IMG/VR virus record: IMGVR_UViG_3300029266_000670 | Coordinates: 4,806 to 68,805 of that record | DNA: 64,000 bases | Origin: a virus | Reading direction: 5' to 3' (one strand) | Part shown: positions 43,061-52,405 of the stretch, one piece after another | How positions within the stretch are numbered: position 1 is the stretch's first letter | Layout: each line of letters starts with the position of its first letter | Position numbers and translations under genes: made by a program | Notes under the pieces: generated by a model | Seen by the model: only the letters and a program-made list of their open reading frames with translations | What the model was told of the DNA's origin: nothing | Database searches by the model: none

Positions 43061-44341
43061 TCATAATAATTCTCCTTGTTGATTTTGTTTAGACTCAAAA
43101 CGTGACTGATCTGGAATTTGAATTGCACTAGAATCTGTGCAAGCCTCTATCACCATAGTATATCCATCGAATTTACTTATGGTATGTTTTACTGATGTAA
43201 CTATGTACATTCCACTACGGTATTTATCTTTATTATTTACACCTACATTACTAGAAAATCTTTGTTTGTTGAAGTTCATTTTAATTTTATCTCCAACATT
43301 CAATGAACTGTTTCCCGAAACTAAAAACTTAATTCTTCTATTCAAGAGTGAATTCAATTGGGACATTCGTGTTATTATACCATCTGAGGGAAATATACCA
43401 GAATATAAATGGTAGTTTGAAAATGTGGGGGATGATAAAGATGAAACTTCTGTTTTTGAATTCAATTCGTATTCATTTAGATTGACTACTTTATTGAATG
43501 TATCTTCGTAACTATGCTTTACTGTATTGATAGATTTAGTTTTCACATCGTACTGAGTAACAAATCCACTATACACTCCGTTTGAGATTTCATCAAGGAC
43601 ATTTTCTTTACCCACAAATGTCAAATCCTGTATACGAAATCTAGAAGAAAATAAATCAGTTCCCGTTGTTTGATCTCCTACATCAAGTTCAAACGAGTAA
43701 TACGAATCTGGTCTTAATTCCTGTACAAACAGATCTGAAAGAGAGACAAAACTAAATCCTGTAAAATCTTCAAAGAACATAAAGTTACATTGGTTATTAG
43801 AAGTTTTTGCCTTTTTACTTAGGAAATTTAAATGAGTAAACGGACTTGCGAAAGGAAGGACTACTGTGTATTCTGATTCAGATTGTGCCGTGTTTAGTGG
43901 ACTGGACTCTGGGAAATTTTGACTCCATATGGCTCCAGCTATATCAGATAGAGTTCCTGTATATGATCTCGAAGTTTTGATCTTTGCATTGCTTAATACT
44001 TCGGGAGAAACGAATTTAAATTTGTAATAAGTAGTAGATCCAGATTCCTTCAAAATTACATCTTCTCTAGAGTATAAGTTCATCTTCATACTAACTGTTC
44101 TACAGCCTGGAGTATAGAATTCTAGATCTAGCATTTCATTATTTTTAAGGGGAAGAGTATTGAACAAGTCTAAACCATCAGATACCATAAGTTCGCACGA
44201 CATGGGCGTTCCGAAAATATCCTGAAATATACTAAATTCATTATACACATCCATCAACGATATAATATCACCCGAATCTAAGATTAGATTCAATGATACC
44301 AATTCATAGTCGTTGGATCTTTGGTATTTGGTTCTTTGCAT
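43061..44341 (-). CDS. Baseplate hub protein (gp27-like)
   Basis: Lies between genes 53 and 5; FMFFEDFTGFSFVSL, VSGNSSLNVGD.I, RSGMYIVTSVKH. Confidence 0.7.
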   Translation of the reverse strand: MQRTKYQRSNDYELVSLNLILDSGDIISLMDVYNEFSIFQDIFGTPMSCELMVSDGLDLFNTLPLKNNEMLDLEFYTPGCRTVSMKMNLYSREDVILKESGSTTYYKFKFVSPEVLSNAKIKTSRSYTGTLSDIAGAIWSQNFPESSPLNTAQSESEYTVVLPFASPFTHLNFLSKKAKTSNNQCNFMFFEDFTGFSFVSLSDLFVQELRPDSYYSFELDVGDQTTGTDLFSSRFRIQDLTFVGKENVLDEISNGVYSGFVTQYDVKTKSINTVKHSYEDTFNKVVNLNEYELNSKTEVSSLSSPTFSNYHLYSGIFPSDGIITRMSQLNSLLNRRIKFLVSGNSSLNVGDKIKMNFNKQRFSSNVGVNNKDKYRSGMYIVTSVKHTISKFDGYTMVIEACTDSSAIQIPDQSRFESKQNQQGELL

Positions 44342-44342
44342 A

Positions 44343-45233
44343 TTATGCCTGTATTAATTCTTCAAATGCAGTGACTACGGTGCTTAGATAATCGGGATGG
44401 ATTAACTTTATACTTCTCTTTGTCTCGTTTATCGCTAAATCATTCTCGAAGTTTGTTACGACGTGATTTAGATTTCTCGATCCACTTATTCCCAAATAAG
44501 CACCTAATCTAGTTTCCCAAAATGCAGGAGATGATGTCACATAGGATCCAGTAGTGCCTGTCAATCCTATTGGTGTGCCATCAGTTGCGGCTAATGGATT
44601 TAAACGATCTCCAGTCGCAGTCTCGAAATGGTGAAGTCCGTTGTATACATCTTCTGCATATTTAACTCTGGCTATTAAATTTTCAGAACCTCGGACCGCT
44701 CCTACTAAGGATCCTGTAGTAAAGTATGTGTGTTCTCCACCGTCTACTCTAATTCTGTTTAGTGAAGGTTCATCCGAAACGACTCTTGCTCTGACTGCGT
44801 AGTTTTGCTTGGTAATTCCATACGAATCTTTAACGTCTGTGGTTGAGTAGATTGTTTCATCTGAAGAGAAAGTAACACCTAAAACTTCTGCGGTATTTCC
44901 GTAACTCGTTAGGTAAAGATAACGTCCGTAGTTTTTACGTTTAGAATAGTTTTCAACAGAAACCGTATCCAACGCAATATCATAATAAGGATTTAAAGCC
45001 TCATTTACAAGGAGAACCACCCAAAAGTAATCCACAGTATCATATAAGCGATGTGATATGTTTTCTGCTGTATCCCCGTCCTTCGTATCATAGTCGATGT
45101 AAAATGTATTTTCGAGTTTACCTACGCTACGAATTTCAACTCGACGAAGAATATCCGTAACTAGTTTTCGTTTAGTCTTTGTGCCGAATCTGTCTAAATA
45201 TGATATTACTGGAAATTTATCAAAGTACATCAA
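44343..45233 (-). CDS. 53: Baseplate wedge gp53
   Basis: YFDKFP.I.Y, DGDTAENISHRLY....FWVVLLVN, NETKRSIKLI.P.YL. Confidence 0.9.
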   Translation of the reverse strand: MMYFDKFPVISYLDRFGTKTKRKLVTDILRRVEIRSVGKLENTFYIDYDTKDGDTAENISHRLYDTVDYFWVVLLVNEALNPYYDIALDTVSVENYSKRKNYGRYLYLTSYGNTAEVLGVTFSSDETIYSTTDVKDSYGITKQNYAVRARVVSDEPSLNRIRVDGGEHTYFTTGSLVGAVRGSENLIARVKYAEDVYNGLHHFETATGDRLNPLAATDGTPIGLTGTTGSYVTSSPAFWETRLGAYLGISGSRNLNHVVTNFENDLAINETKRSIKLIHPDYLSTVVTAFEELIQA

Positions 45234-46555
45234 TAACCCTCTTCGATATCTTCTCTTGTGAGAGGTCTGAGTTCTTGGAATGACATAGTAAGTGAAGTTC
45301 TGACTGGACTACCGTCTGGGAAAGTTGACATAACTGCGTTGGGGGTATAGTCCACATTAACTGCGGTCAATGCACATCTTCCTATCTTGTTAAGAAAAAG
45401 ATTTTCTGCCGTGACATCATTATTGAATACTTTATAGTACCTGATCTCGAATTCTGCTGGTACGTTTAGCATTGCGCCGGTTCCGTGTAGTGATGGGTGT
45501 GCGTACTTTCTAAACTCTCTTATGATTTGATTTGTCGTTTGTGCTTCGCCTTTATTTCTGGGTGCAAAACTAAAAGTAAAATCAAAAGTTCTAACCTGAA
45601 CGCCGTTAAATAACATCTCCTGTCGAGGATTTATTGCTAAACCAGATACTGCTTGCATAGCCTGTTCTGCATTTAAATTTGTACCTATAATATTAGTAAG
45701 AGAATCGAAGAAAGAAGCAATACCCCGTCTACCTAAAGCAGCCAGATCTCCAAACTGACCTCGCTGAAGTGTTCCGCTAAGGGCTCTTGCTAAAGAGAAA
45801 TCTACTCCATTGTAACTCAAAGATCCGTTATTTACAATTTTATTTGGAATGTATAGTGCAATGGTTGTATCTACCTTAGATGTAGCAGGACTTATTCTTA
45901 CTCTGCTGTTATTGATACTAGTAGTCCGATCCCCAATATTCAAACCAAGATTTCTTGCATTCTCTATTGTGTTATTTGATCGATCCTCTGAAAATTGATT
46001 TATCTCGGTCTGAGATGATTCATAGAAAGATTTCTTGAATTTGTCTTTAGCCTCATTATAATTTTTCTGTGCTGCATTATACTTGTCTATTGTCGCCTGA
46101 TCTGAAATGATAGACTGCCAGGTTTCATCTGCTTCAATGATACCAAGTGCGGCTAATGCTTCACTACCTAAATCTGCTATAGTTGCTCCCGTATTTAATG
46201 AAAAATTCAATGCATTGAAGAGTCCACCTGTATTTTCTATCCCCATTAAATCTGAAATATACACGGCTAATTTATTAACCTCTGCCGCAGAGTCACCATC
46301 GAGTTCTTGTTGAACATCTTGGACTGCGTTAGTCGCTGCTACGATCTCTGCATTTGTTTTCTCGAACATGGTGAACATAACAAATTGATTATATTCATCA
46401 CCACCGAGATTGTCGGGATATTGCAAATCAACTTGACCCTTATTGGGACCAGAAACTACATTATGTCTATGATAATCAAAAATACCAGAAGGTTCATTGT
46501 TGAGCCTGTGGAAAACATCACGGGATGATCTAGATGTATTGCCTGCTGATGGCAT
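45230..46555 (-). CDS. 48: Baseplate tail-tube cap gp48
   Basis: LQYP, IALYIP, INPRQEMLFNGV..RTFDFTFSFAPRN..EA, CALTAVNVDYTP, FQEL. Confidence 0.9.
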   Translation of the reverse strand: MPSAGNTSRSSRDVFHRLNNEPSGIFDYHRHNVVSGPNKGQVDLQYPDNLGGDEYNQFVMFTMFEKTNAEIVAATNAVQDVQQELDGDSAAEVNKLAVYISDLMGIENTGGLFNALNFSLNTGATIADLGSEALAALGIIEADETWQSIISDQATIDKYNAAQKNYNEAKDKFKKSFYESSQTEINQFSEDRSNNTIENARNLGLNIGDRTTSINNSRVRISPATSKVDTTIALYIPNKIVNNGSLSYNGVDFSLARALSGTLQRGQFGDLAALGRRGIASFFDSLTNIIGTNLNAEQAMQAVSGLAINPRQEMLFNGVQVRTFDFTFSFAPRNKGEAQTTNQIIREFRKYAHPSLHGTGAMLNVPAEFEIRYYKVFNNDVTAENLFLNKIGRCALTAVNVDYTPNAVMSTFPDGSPVRTSLTMSFQELRPLTREDIEEGY

Positions 46556-46570
46556 TTAAAACTCCTAAAG

Positions 46571-46577
46571 ATACATA
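46571..46577 (+). promoter_or_regulatory. Late-promoter-like ATACATA box upstream of gene 4
   Basis: 4 nt before the ATG of the first gene of the plus-strand operon. Confidence 0.6.
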
Positions 46578-46581
46578 GAGT

Positions 46582-47016
46582 ATGAGTTATAAGGGAAGGT
46601 ATAAATCTAAAAATCCCTCCAAGTATATAGGCGATCCTACTAAGATTATTTATCGTAGTTTGTGGGAAAGACGCTTTATGTTGTACTGTGATGATAACGA
46701 AAATGTACTATCTTGGGGATCTGAAGAGGTAGTTGTACCTTATAAGTCTCCCGTAGATGGTAAGATGCACCGATACTATGTAGACTTCATTGTAAAGGTA
46801 AAAACCAAAGATGGGAACACTTCTATGAAACTGATTGAAGTCAAACCAAAGAAACAATGTTTACCTCCGAAGAGACAATCAAGAAAAACCAGACGGTATA
46901 TCAATGAGGTAAAAACATGGGGGGTCAATTCTGCAAAATGGGAGGCAGCAACTGAATATGCCGAAAGTCGTGGGTGGGTTTTTCAAATTCTAACAGAGAA
47001 AGAATTACAACCATAA
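46582..47016 (+). CDS. 4: Head completion nuclease gp4
   Basis: YKGRY...NP.KY.GDP..I.YRSLWE, HRYYVDF, IEVKP, N.AKWEAA. Confidence 0.95.
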   Translation: MSYKGRYKSKNPSKYIGDPTKIIYRSLWERRFMLYCDDNENVLSWGSEEVVVPYKSPVDGKMHRYYVDFIVKVKTKDGNTSMKLIEVKPKKQCLPPKRQSRKTRRYINEVKTWGVNSAKWEAATEYAESRGWVFQILTEKELQP

Positions 47017-47789
47017 TGGCAGATCAACTTATAAAAGAACAGGCTATAGAAATAGGCAATGCTACCCGAACTGTGATATACCAGAGAAATGTTTTTATAA
47101 AAAGAAACCTAAGAAAGCAGTTACTCGAAACTCTATCTTTGGGGTTTGCTTTTAAAGCAATATTTCAAAAGTTCTACCCATCCGAAAAGGAGTCAACAGT
47201 AGAACCAAAAAAAGCAAGTGAACTCGAAACTTTTGATGATCTTATAAACTTCTTTACCAAGACTATAGAACTTGGATTCGGAGGAGAAGAGGCTACTCCA
47301 AACGAAGTTACCGAATATCTACTGACTTCGGATGAAGCAATAAGTCCATATGACATTTCAGATGGTGGTATGTTCATGTTCAAGTACGACCCTACTACAA
47401 AAAATGATCTAAAATATTATGACGCAATCCCACTCATAATCATGATAGGAAGAACTAGCGATGGATTCATAGGGTTGAATCTACACTACCTCCCTGAAAA
47501 ATATAGAATAGCCTTACTGAAAAAGTTATTTTCTAGTGTTGATTTTTCTAAAGTAGACGCAGAGAGTGATGTTCAATCCAGATTAAACGTAATATCTGCC
47601 TATAAACTTATAAAACCGACATACAAACGTTATAAATATGATGGTGTCTCTTCTAGGTTGGTAAGAATACCAATAGAAAATTGGTTGATAGCAGCTCTAC
47701 TACCAATTTCTAAATTTGAAGGTAAGTCAAGAAAAGAAGTTTGGGATGACTCCAGAAAAATAATATTCGAAGAAGAAAGAAAAATATAA
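47016..47789 (+). CDS. 2: DNA end protector gp2
   Basis: MFKYDP..K..LKYYDAIPLI...GFIGLNLHYLP...LLP...F; start at the TAATG overlap with gene 4. Confidence 0.88.
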   Translation: MADQLIKEQAIEIGNATRTVIYQRNVFIKRNLRKQLLETLSLGFAFKAIFQKFYPSEKESTVEPKKASELETFDDLINFFTKTIELGFGGEEATPNEVTEYLLTSDEAISPYDISDGGMFMFKYDPTTKNDLKYYDAIPLIIMIGRTSDGFIGLNLHYLPEKYRIALLKKLFSSVDFSKVDAESDVQSRLNVISAYKLIKPTYKRYKYDGVSSRLVRIPIENWLIAALLPISKFEGKSRKEVWDDSRKIIFEEERKI

Positions 47790-48494
47790 ATGCCTGCACC
47801 TAGTATAAACCAAGCAATTACACTGGCTTCTAGGCTATACAAGCCTACGAAGTTTAGACTTCATATTCCCAAACTACCAAATGTCATTGCAAACAAATCT
47901 ACCTTGTTTGGAACTGCTTCACAAATCGATACAGAATTACAGTTCGCAACAGAAAGTATATTTTTCCCCTCCAGAAATATATCAAGCGAACCATACAAGA
48001 CAGCAGGGCCTGTTGATGAGATCCCATACGAGTCAACATACAGCGGAGATCTTGATATAGCAATGCGAGTTTCTGCTGATTTTAAAGAAAGAATGTTCTT
48101 TGAAACTTGGATGGACAGCACAGTAAACAGAGTAACACAAGAATTTTACTACCCCGATCAATATCGATGTAATGTTTTCATATCAGCATTAGTTGATAAT
48201 GATAAAGAGATGTTTAGAATTAGATTAAGTGAAGTTTGGCCCAAGTCAATCGGTAGAGTCTCTGTTGGTCAGGGTCTTACAGACACCATTGCAGTTATGC
48301 AAGTACAACTATCGTTCAGACGTTACTTCGTAGAGTTACCAGTAACAGGAGATCCACAATTCCCAAGAGAATCTCTCCCGCCAGGAAAACAAGAATGGAT
48401 AGATACGCATCAAAGATCAGCAGATGAATGGTGGCTAAACCAAGTTGCCCCAATCACAGTAGATGAAGACGGAACAGAATGGTTTGAAGCCTAA
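47790..48494 (+). CDS. 54: Tail tube initiator (gp54/gp19-like)
   Basis: ERMFFETWMD, YPDQY, L.EVWPKSI tube-fold motifs. Confidence 0.7.
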   Translation: MPAPSINQAITLASRLYKPTKFRLHIPKLPNVIANKSTLFGTASQIDTELQFATESIFFPSRNISSEPYKTAGPVDEIPYESTYSGDLDIAMRVSADFKERMFFETWMDSTVNRVTQEFYYPDQYRCNVFISALVDNDKEMFRIRLSEVWPKSIGRVSVGQGLTDTIAVMQVQLSFRRYFVELPVTGDPQFPRESLPPGKQEWIDTHQRSADEWWLNQVAPITVDEDGTEWFEA

Positions 48495-48512
48495 TATTAA
48501 CATGGAGAAATT

Positions 48513-49214
48513 ATGAGTTTACCAAAAATTGAAATACCGACGTATAGCGTAAAACTGTCTGGTATAAACAAGACAATCAAATATCGAGCATACACAGTAA
48601 AAGAAGAAAAAGTATTATTGATGGCTGTTCAGTCAAGAGAACATAAAGAAGTAATGGAGACAATATTACGATCATGTCAGTCATGCATTTTTGACGATAT
48701 TATTGTTAAAGATTTACCTATTACTGATCTGGAAAAATTAATGGTTTCCATTAGATCAAAGTCGGTAGGAGAAACCACAAAAACTGCACTGAGTTGTCCG
48801 TATTGCGAAGAGAAAACCGATATAGAGATAAATCTAGAAAACATGAAAGAAATTAGTGACATAACGATAGAGAGTGTGGTTCGACTCAACGAGGACTATG
48901 GTTTACAATTAAAACCACCAACCATGTCTTCCATAAACGATAACCTAATATCAGAACAAGATCTGTTGACTAATTCTATCGTTTCAGCAATAGAGTCTGT
49001 ATTTGATAAAGAAAACGTATATGTTTTCTCTGATTATACAGACGACGAAAAGAACAAATTTGTAGATGACTTGAGTATTGAAGATGCTAAAAAAATAGCT
49101 GAAGGATATATAGGTAAATTACCAAAAAATGTCATCGACATAAATTATAAATGCCCTCATTGTAATAAACAAATAAAAAGAGAACTGGACAATCTAGTCG
49201 ATTTTTTTACCTGA
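48513..49214 (+). CDS. 26: Baseplate hub assembly chaperone gp26
   Basis: MSLPKI..P.Y, IKYRAYTVKEEKVLLMA, IRSKSVGE, two CxxC motifs, ends LVDFFT. Confidence 0.93.
   Translation: MSLPKIEIPTYSVKLSGINKTIKYRAYTVKEEKVLLMAVQSREHKEVMETILRSCQSCIFDDIIVKDLPITDLEKLMVSIRSKSVGETTKTALSCPYCEEKTDIEINLENMKEISDITIESVVRLNEDYGLQLKPPTMSSINDNLISEQDLLTNSIVSAIESVFDKENVYVFSDYTDDEKNKFVDDLSIEDAKKIAEGYIGKLPKNVIDINYKCPHCNKQIKRELDNLVDFFT
49202..49208 (+). other. Candidate -1 ribosomal frameshift site T TTT TTT
   Basis: gaT TTT TTT acc TGA at the end of gene 26; the -1 frame is open into the gp51-like ORF. Confidence 0.65.
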
Positions 49215-49381
49215 TTAATAGTCATACCAGTCTTTATGACTATTATAAAACGAATCACGAACTGATGTACTGGCACAAATATTCGTTATCAGAATTAGAT
49301 TCATTATATCCTTGGGAAAAGAAACTTTATATTGATATGATTTTAAGTGAAATTACAAAAGAAAAAGAAAATAAATCTTAA
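49202..49381 (+). CDS. 51: gp51-like hub assembly catalyst segment (in the -1 frame of gene 26; first ATG at 49265)
   Basis: Manual translation FFYLINSHTSLYDYYKTNHELMYWHKYSLSELDSLYPWEKKLYIDMILSEITKEKENKS*, matching the HKYSL.E.....PWE...Y motif. Confidence 0.85.
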   Translation, partial: FFYLINSHTSLYDYYKTNHELMYWHKYSLSELDSLYPWEKKLYIDMILSEITKEKENKS

Positions 49382-51048
49382 TGCCAACATTACTAGAATC
49401 AATAATCTCTGCACAAAGTTCTTCATCTAAATCTTCTACCCAAGGTTTAAATGATGACACCCGTGATGTAATTTTAGCAGACACCAATAAATTTGAAGTG
49501 TCGAGAGAAATTAAAAAATCAGTAATAAACATATACAACCCCAAGACCGTTATTCTAGGATCAGATGATGTGGACAAAACCACACGATCAGAGAGACGAG
49601 AAGAAGATTTAGAGAGAAGAAGAAAGGGAATAGTCGGTAGTCTTGGTGGTGGTGCAGTTGGTGGTGCAGTTGGTTTGGGTGGTGCTAACAATCCTACTAC
49701 CAGTCCTGACGGTGATCCTGACGGTAGTACTGATTCTTTTCTTCCTGGCATTATTAAAAGAAATCCAATTACTAGTGCCCTAGGCGCCCTCGCCGTTGGC
49801 AAAGGCGCCCTCGCCGTTGGCCGTGGCAGTGGAATTTTAGCCAGAATACTAAGCCCATTTAGAGCATTTTTACCAATGGGAGTTGGATTAAAACCGTACA
49901 TAGATGGAACTAAAAGTTTTACACAGTTAATGGCAGCAACAGGAAAATCACTTACAAGTTTTGTCAGTAGACTACCAAATATGGTTCGAGAAGCTAAACT
50001 TGCAAGAGAGTTATCTCTTGGTGTTGGAAGAATATCAACACAAACGACAGGTTCATTAGGTGCTAACGCATTCAGATCTATCAATCCTATACAGAGAATG
50101 ATGAATCAGGTCAGAGGTGTAGGTGCAGCAACATCACAGTTTGGAACATCTTTTGCAAACTCTGCTCGAACCATGAACGTAGCCAAAAACGTAAAGACAG
50201 GATCACGGGCATTGATGAGGGGAACAGCCAGAATGCTCTTCAAATCTCCTTGGGGACTTCCATTCTTAGTGGCATCTGAAGGAGTATTCGCGGGCCTTGA
50301 CATGGCAGACGAAACAAATCGTCACAGTCAAGATACGATGAATGCCCTTGGATATAAAGAAGGAAGTCCAGAGTTTAAGATGAAACAAAGAAACAACCTG
50401 ATGGAATTATTCAATGGTATGTCGGGAAATCAATACCACAAACAGATGGCAGATTTTTATGAAAATGAAGCATCGGGTGTATTTGAAGAAGTGAATAAAG
50501 GAAGGGTATCAGGAGGAGAGTCTGCAATCACAGAACAAGAGTTTATAGGGGGAATGATGACTTCTACTTTTGAAAATCCAGTAAGTGGTATGAGAAAAAT
50601 AAGTGCCTCATCCTTCTCAGAACTTGCAGGAAAACATAGAGAGTTAATTGGGCAAGAGCATGTCGGTGGTGGTGATAGTTTAATACCTGCTAAAGAATAT
50701 AGAATAGGTTCGCTGACCAGTGATTTAGTTGATTTACCAGAAGAGATGGTAAACCCATCAATGGATATGGGACCTGTGACTTCTACTCCTTCTATGTCCA
50801 GAACTATGTCGAATTCAGAGTTTGAATCATATGAAATGCAACCAGGCGATCGTGCGACCACCAATCGAGAAAGTCCTGGTCAGGTAACTATAATCAATCA
50901 ACAATCTCCCCAAACAAATCAAGAAGCGTCTCTACCAACTAGAGAGTTAGAAACTAGACCTTCTAGCACTGAAGAATTACGAAGATCTTCATACGATCAA
51001 CAACCCGCGGGTTCTATTCCTGGCCGCAGCGGTAGGAATGCAAGTTAA
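49381..51048 (+). CDS. Probable tape measure / baseplate hub protein (gp29-like)
   Basis: 555 aa, Gly/Ala-rich and helical with hydrophobic stretches; follows genes 26/51. Confidence 0.55.
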   Translation: MPTLLESIISAQSSSSKSSTQGLNDDTRDVILADTNKFEVSREIKKSVINIYNPKTVILGSDDVDKTTRSERREEDLERRRKGIVGSLGGGAVGGAVGLGGANNPTTSPDGDPDGSTDSFLPGIIKRNPITSALGALAVGKGALAVGRGSGILARILSPFRAFLPMGVGLKPYIDGTKSFTQLMAATGKSLTSFVSRLPNMVREAKLARELSLGVGRISTQTTGSLGANAFRSINPIQRMMNQVRGVGAATSQFGTSFANSARTMNVAKNVKTGSRALMRGTARMLFKSPWGLPFLVASEGVFAGLDMADETNRHSQDTMNALGYKEGSPEFKMKQRNNLMELFNGMSGNQYHKQMADFYENEASGVFEEVNKGRVSGGESAITEQEFIGGMMTSTFENPVSGMRKISASSFSELAGKHRELIGQEHVGGGDSLIPAKEYRIGSLTSDLVDLPEEMVNPSMDMGPVTSTPSMSRTMSNSEFESYEMQPGDRATTNRESPGQVTIINQQSPQTNQEASLPTRELETRPSSTEELRRSSYDQQPAGSIPGRSGRNAS

Positions 51049-51080
51049 AAAAAAGGAGAGTGGGATAAACCCACTCTCCT
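51047..51080 (-). terminator. Intrinsic terminator after gene 32, at a convergent junction
   Basis: AGGAGAGTGGG-TTTAT-CCCACTCTCCT followed by a T-run. Confidence 0.88.
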
Positions 51081-51105
51081 CTCGCTCTAACGCTTTAAAA
51101 AGATT

Positions 51106-51990
51106 TCAATCTTCGTTTGCAAGTTGATTGAAGTAGGACATTGCGTCCGTACCCTCGTCAACCTTCGGCTTGAAGTCCTCTTCCTTTTCTGAAGCGTTAC
51201 TGTGTGAAACACTCTCCACATTGTCAGACTCCGCAGTAGTTTCCCCACCACGTTCATCACCTTGAAGAACCGCGTCGAGACGAGCCTTGAGTTCGTCATA
51301 CGACTTGAAGTTCGACTCACTTACAAATTCATCCAACTTGTATTGAGTCTTCCACAGACTTTCCAACTTGTCATCATCTCCATGAAAGAGAGGTGATACA
51401 GATTCAAATTCTGACTTGTCATAATTGACAAATCCAGAAACCTTACGCACCTTCAACTTGAAGTTTGCACCCTTCCAGTAATCGAAGGGGTTGGTTGCCT
51501 CTTCGTCCTGAAACTCTGGATTCATTGACTCCTGAATCTTGTCGAAGATCTTCTTACCATACTTATAGAGGAAAACCTTGCCCTCGTTCTGAGGGTTTGC
51601 AGGATCACTCACCACAAGAATGTTAGAGATATAACTGAGACGACGCTTACGCTGACGAGCGATATCCTTATCACTCTCAATTCCACTGTTCCAAAGTCTA
51701 CTGTTCATCTCAGAGACTGGATCCTTCTGACCAAGAGTAGTCAGTGAATTCTCGATAAACCAGCCACCTGGTCCCTTGAATCCATGATTGTACAACTTAA
51801 CCCACGGAATGTCTTCTCCGTCTGCGGCTGGAAGAAGACGAATAACAGCGAAACCGTTACCAGCCTTATCCAGTTCAGGACGCCAAAAGCGGTCATCCTT
51901 GTAGTTGTTTGTCTTGTCCATGTTCTCCATTTTCTTCTGGAGACTTTCTAGACTTGAATTGGACTTGTTCTTAAAATCTGAAAAACTCAT
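51106..51990 (-). CDS. 32: Single-stranded DNA binding protein gp32
   Basis: DDRFW.PELDKAGNGFAVIRLLP, WFIENSLTTLGQKDPVSE, YKYGKKIFDKI; acidic tail. Confidence 0.98.
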   Translation of the reverse strand: MSFSDFKNKSNSSLESLQKKMENMDKTNNYKDDRFWRPELDKAGNGFAVIRLLPAADGEDIPWVKLYNHGFKGPGGWFIENSLTTLGQKDPVSEMNSRLWNSGIESDKDIARQRKRRLSYISNILVVSDPANPQNEGKVFLYKYGKKIFDKIQESMNPEFQDEEATNPFDYWKGANFKLKVRKVSGFVNYDKSEFESVSPLFHGDDDKLESLWKTQYKLDEFVSESNFKSYDELKARLDAVLQGDERGGETTAESDNVESVSHSNASEKEEDFKPKVDEGTDAMSYFNQLANED

Positions 51991-52059
51991 ATGCATTTCC
52001 TTTCCCGAGGGACTACCTCGGACTAATGATACTGTTGGGAACTCCCCAACACTTGGTAT

Positions 52060-52087
52060 ATTATAACACGATAACGTACCGTGTCAA
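52060..52087 (-). promoter_or_regulatory. Sigma70 promoter TTGACA-N16-TATAAT for gene 32
   Basis: Perfect hexamers. Confidence 0.8.
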
Positions 52088-52090
52088 ATA

Positions 52091-52309
52091 TTAAATTGGT
52101 AATTTTGGTGTAGAAGGTAGCATATTAAGGATTTCTCCTTCTGCCTGTATCTTCTCGATTATTGGTTTTGATAAATACTTAGCCGCAGCGGCTGGTTCAA
52201 TTTCATTTTCTTCACATATTCCTATAATGGCATCTATGTAAGAACCACCATGCAGTTTAACGTATTCTTGGAGATCCGTGGTAAACAGTCTCTCGATTTT
52301 TTCAAACAT
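52091..52309 (-). CDS. 33: Late transcription co-activator gp33
   Basis: SYIDAII..CEEN.IE...AAKYLSKPIIEKI..E...LNML.....LPI. Confidence 0.9.
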   Translation of the reverse strand: MFEKIERLFTTDLQEYVKLHGGSYIDAIIGICEENEIEPAAAAKYLSKPIIEKIQAEGEILNMLPSTPKLPI

Positions 52310-52405
52310 TATAAATCTCCTCTGGGGATTATTATATCAAATTTACCATCACACTACAAGTATATATACTAAGAATATAGGAACACATCCTAACGGAGAG
52401 AATAC

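Noticed and set aside
49782-49821. 19-nt direct repeat AGGCGCCCTCGCCGTTGGC (21-nt period)
   Set aside because: In-frame GALAVG duplication, ordinary for a tape-measure-like protein.
51990-52091. Absence of gene 59 between genes 33 and 32
   Set aside because: Gene order varies among T4-like phages and it may lie outside the window.
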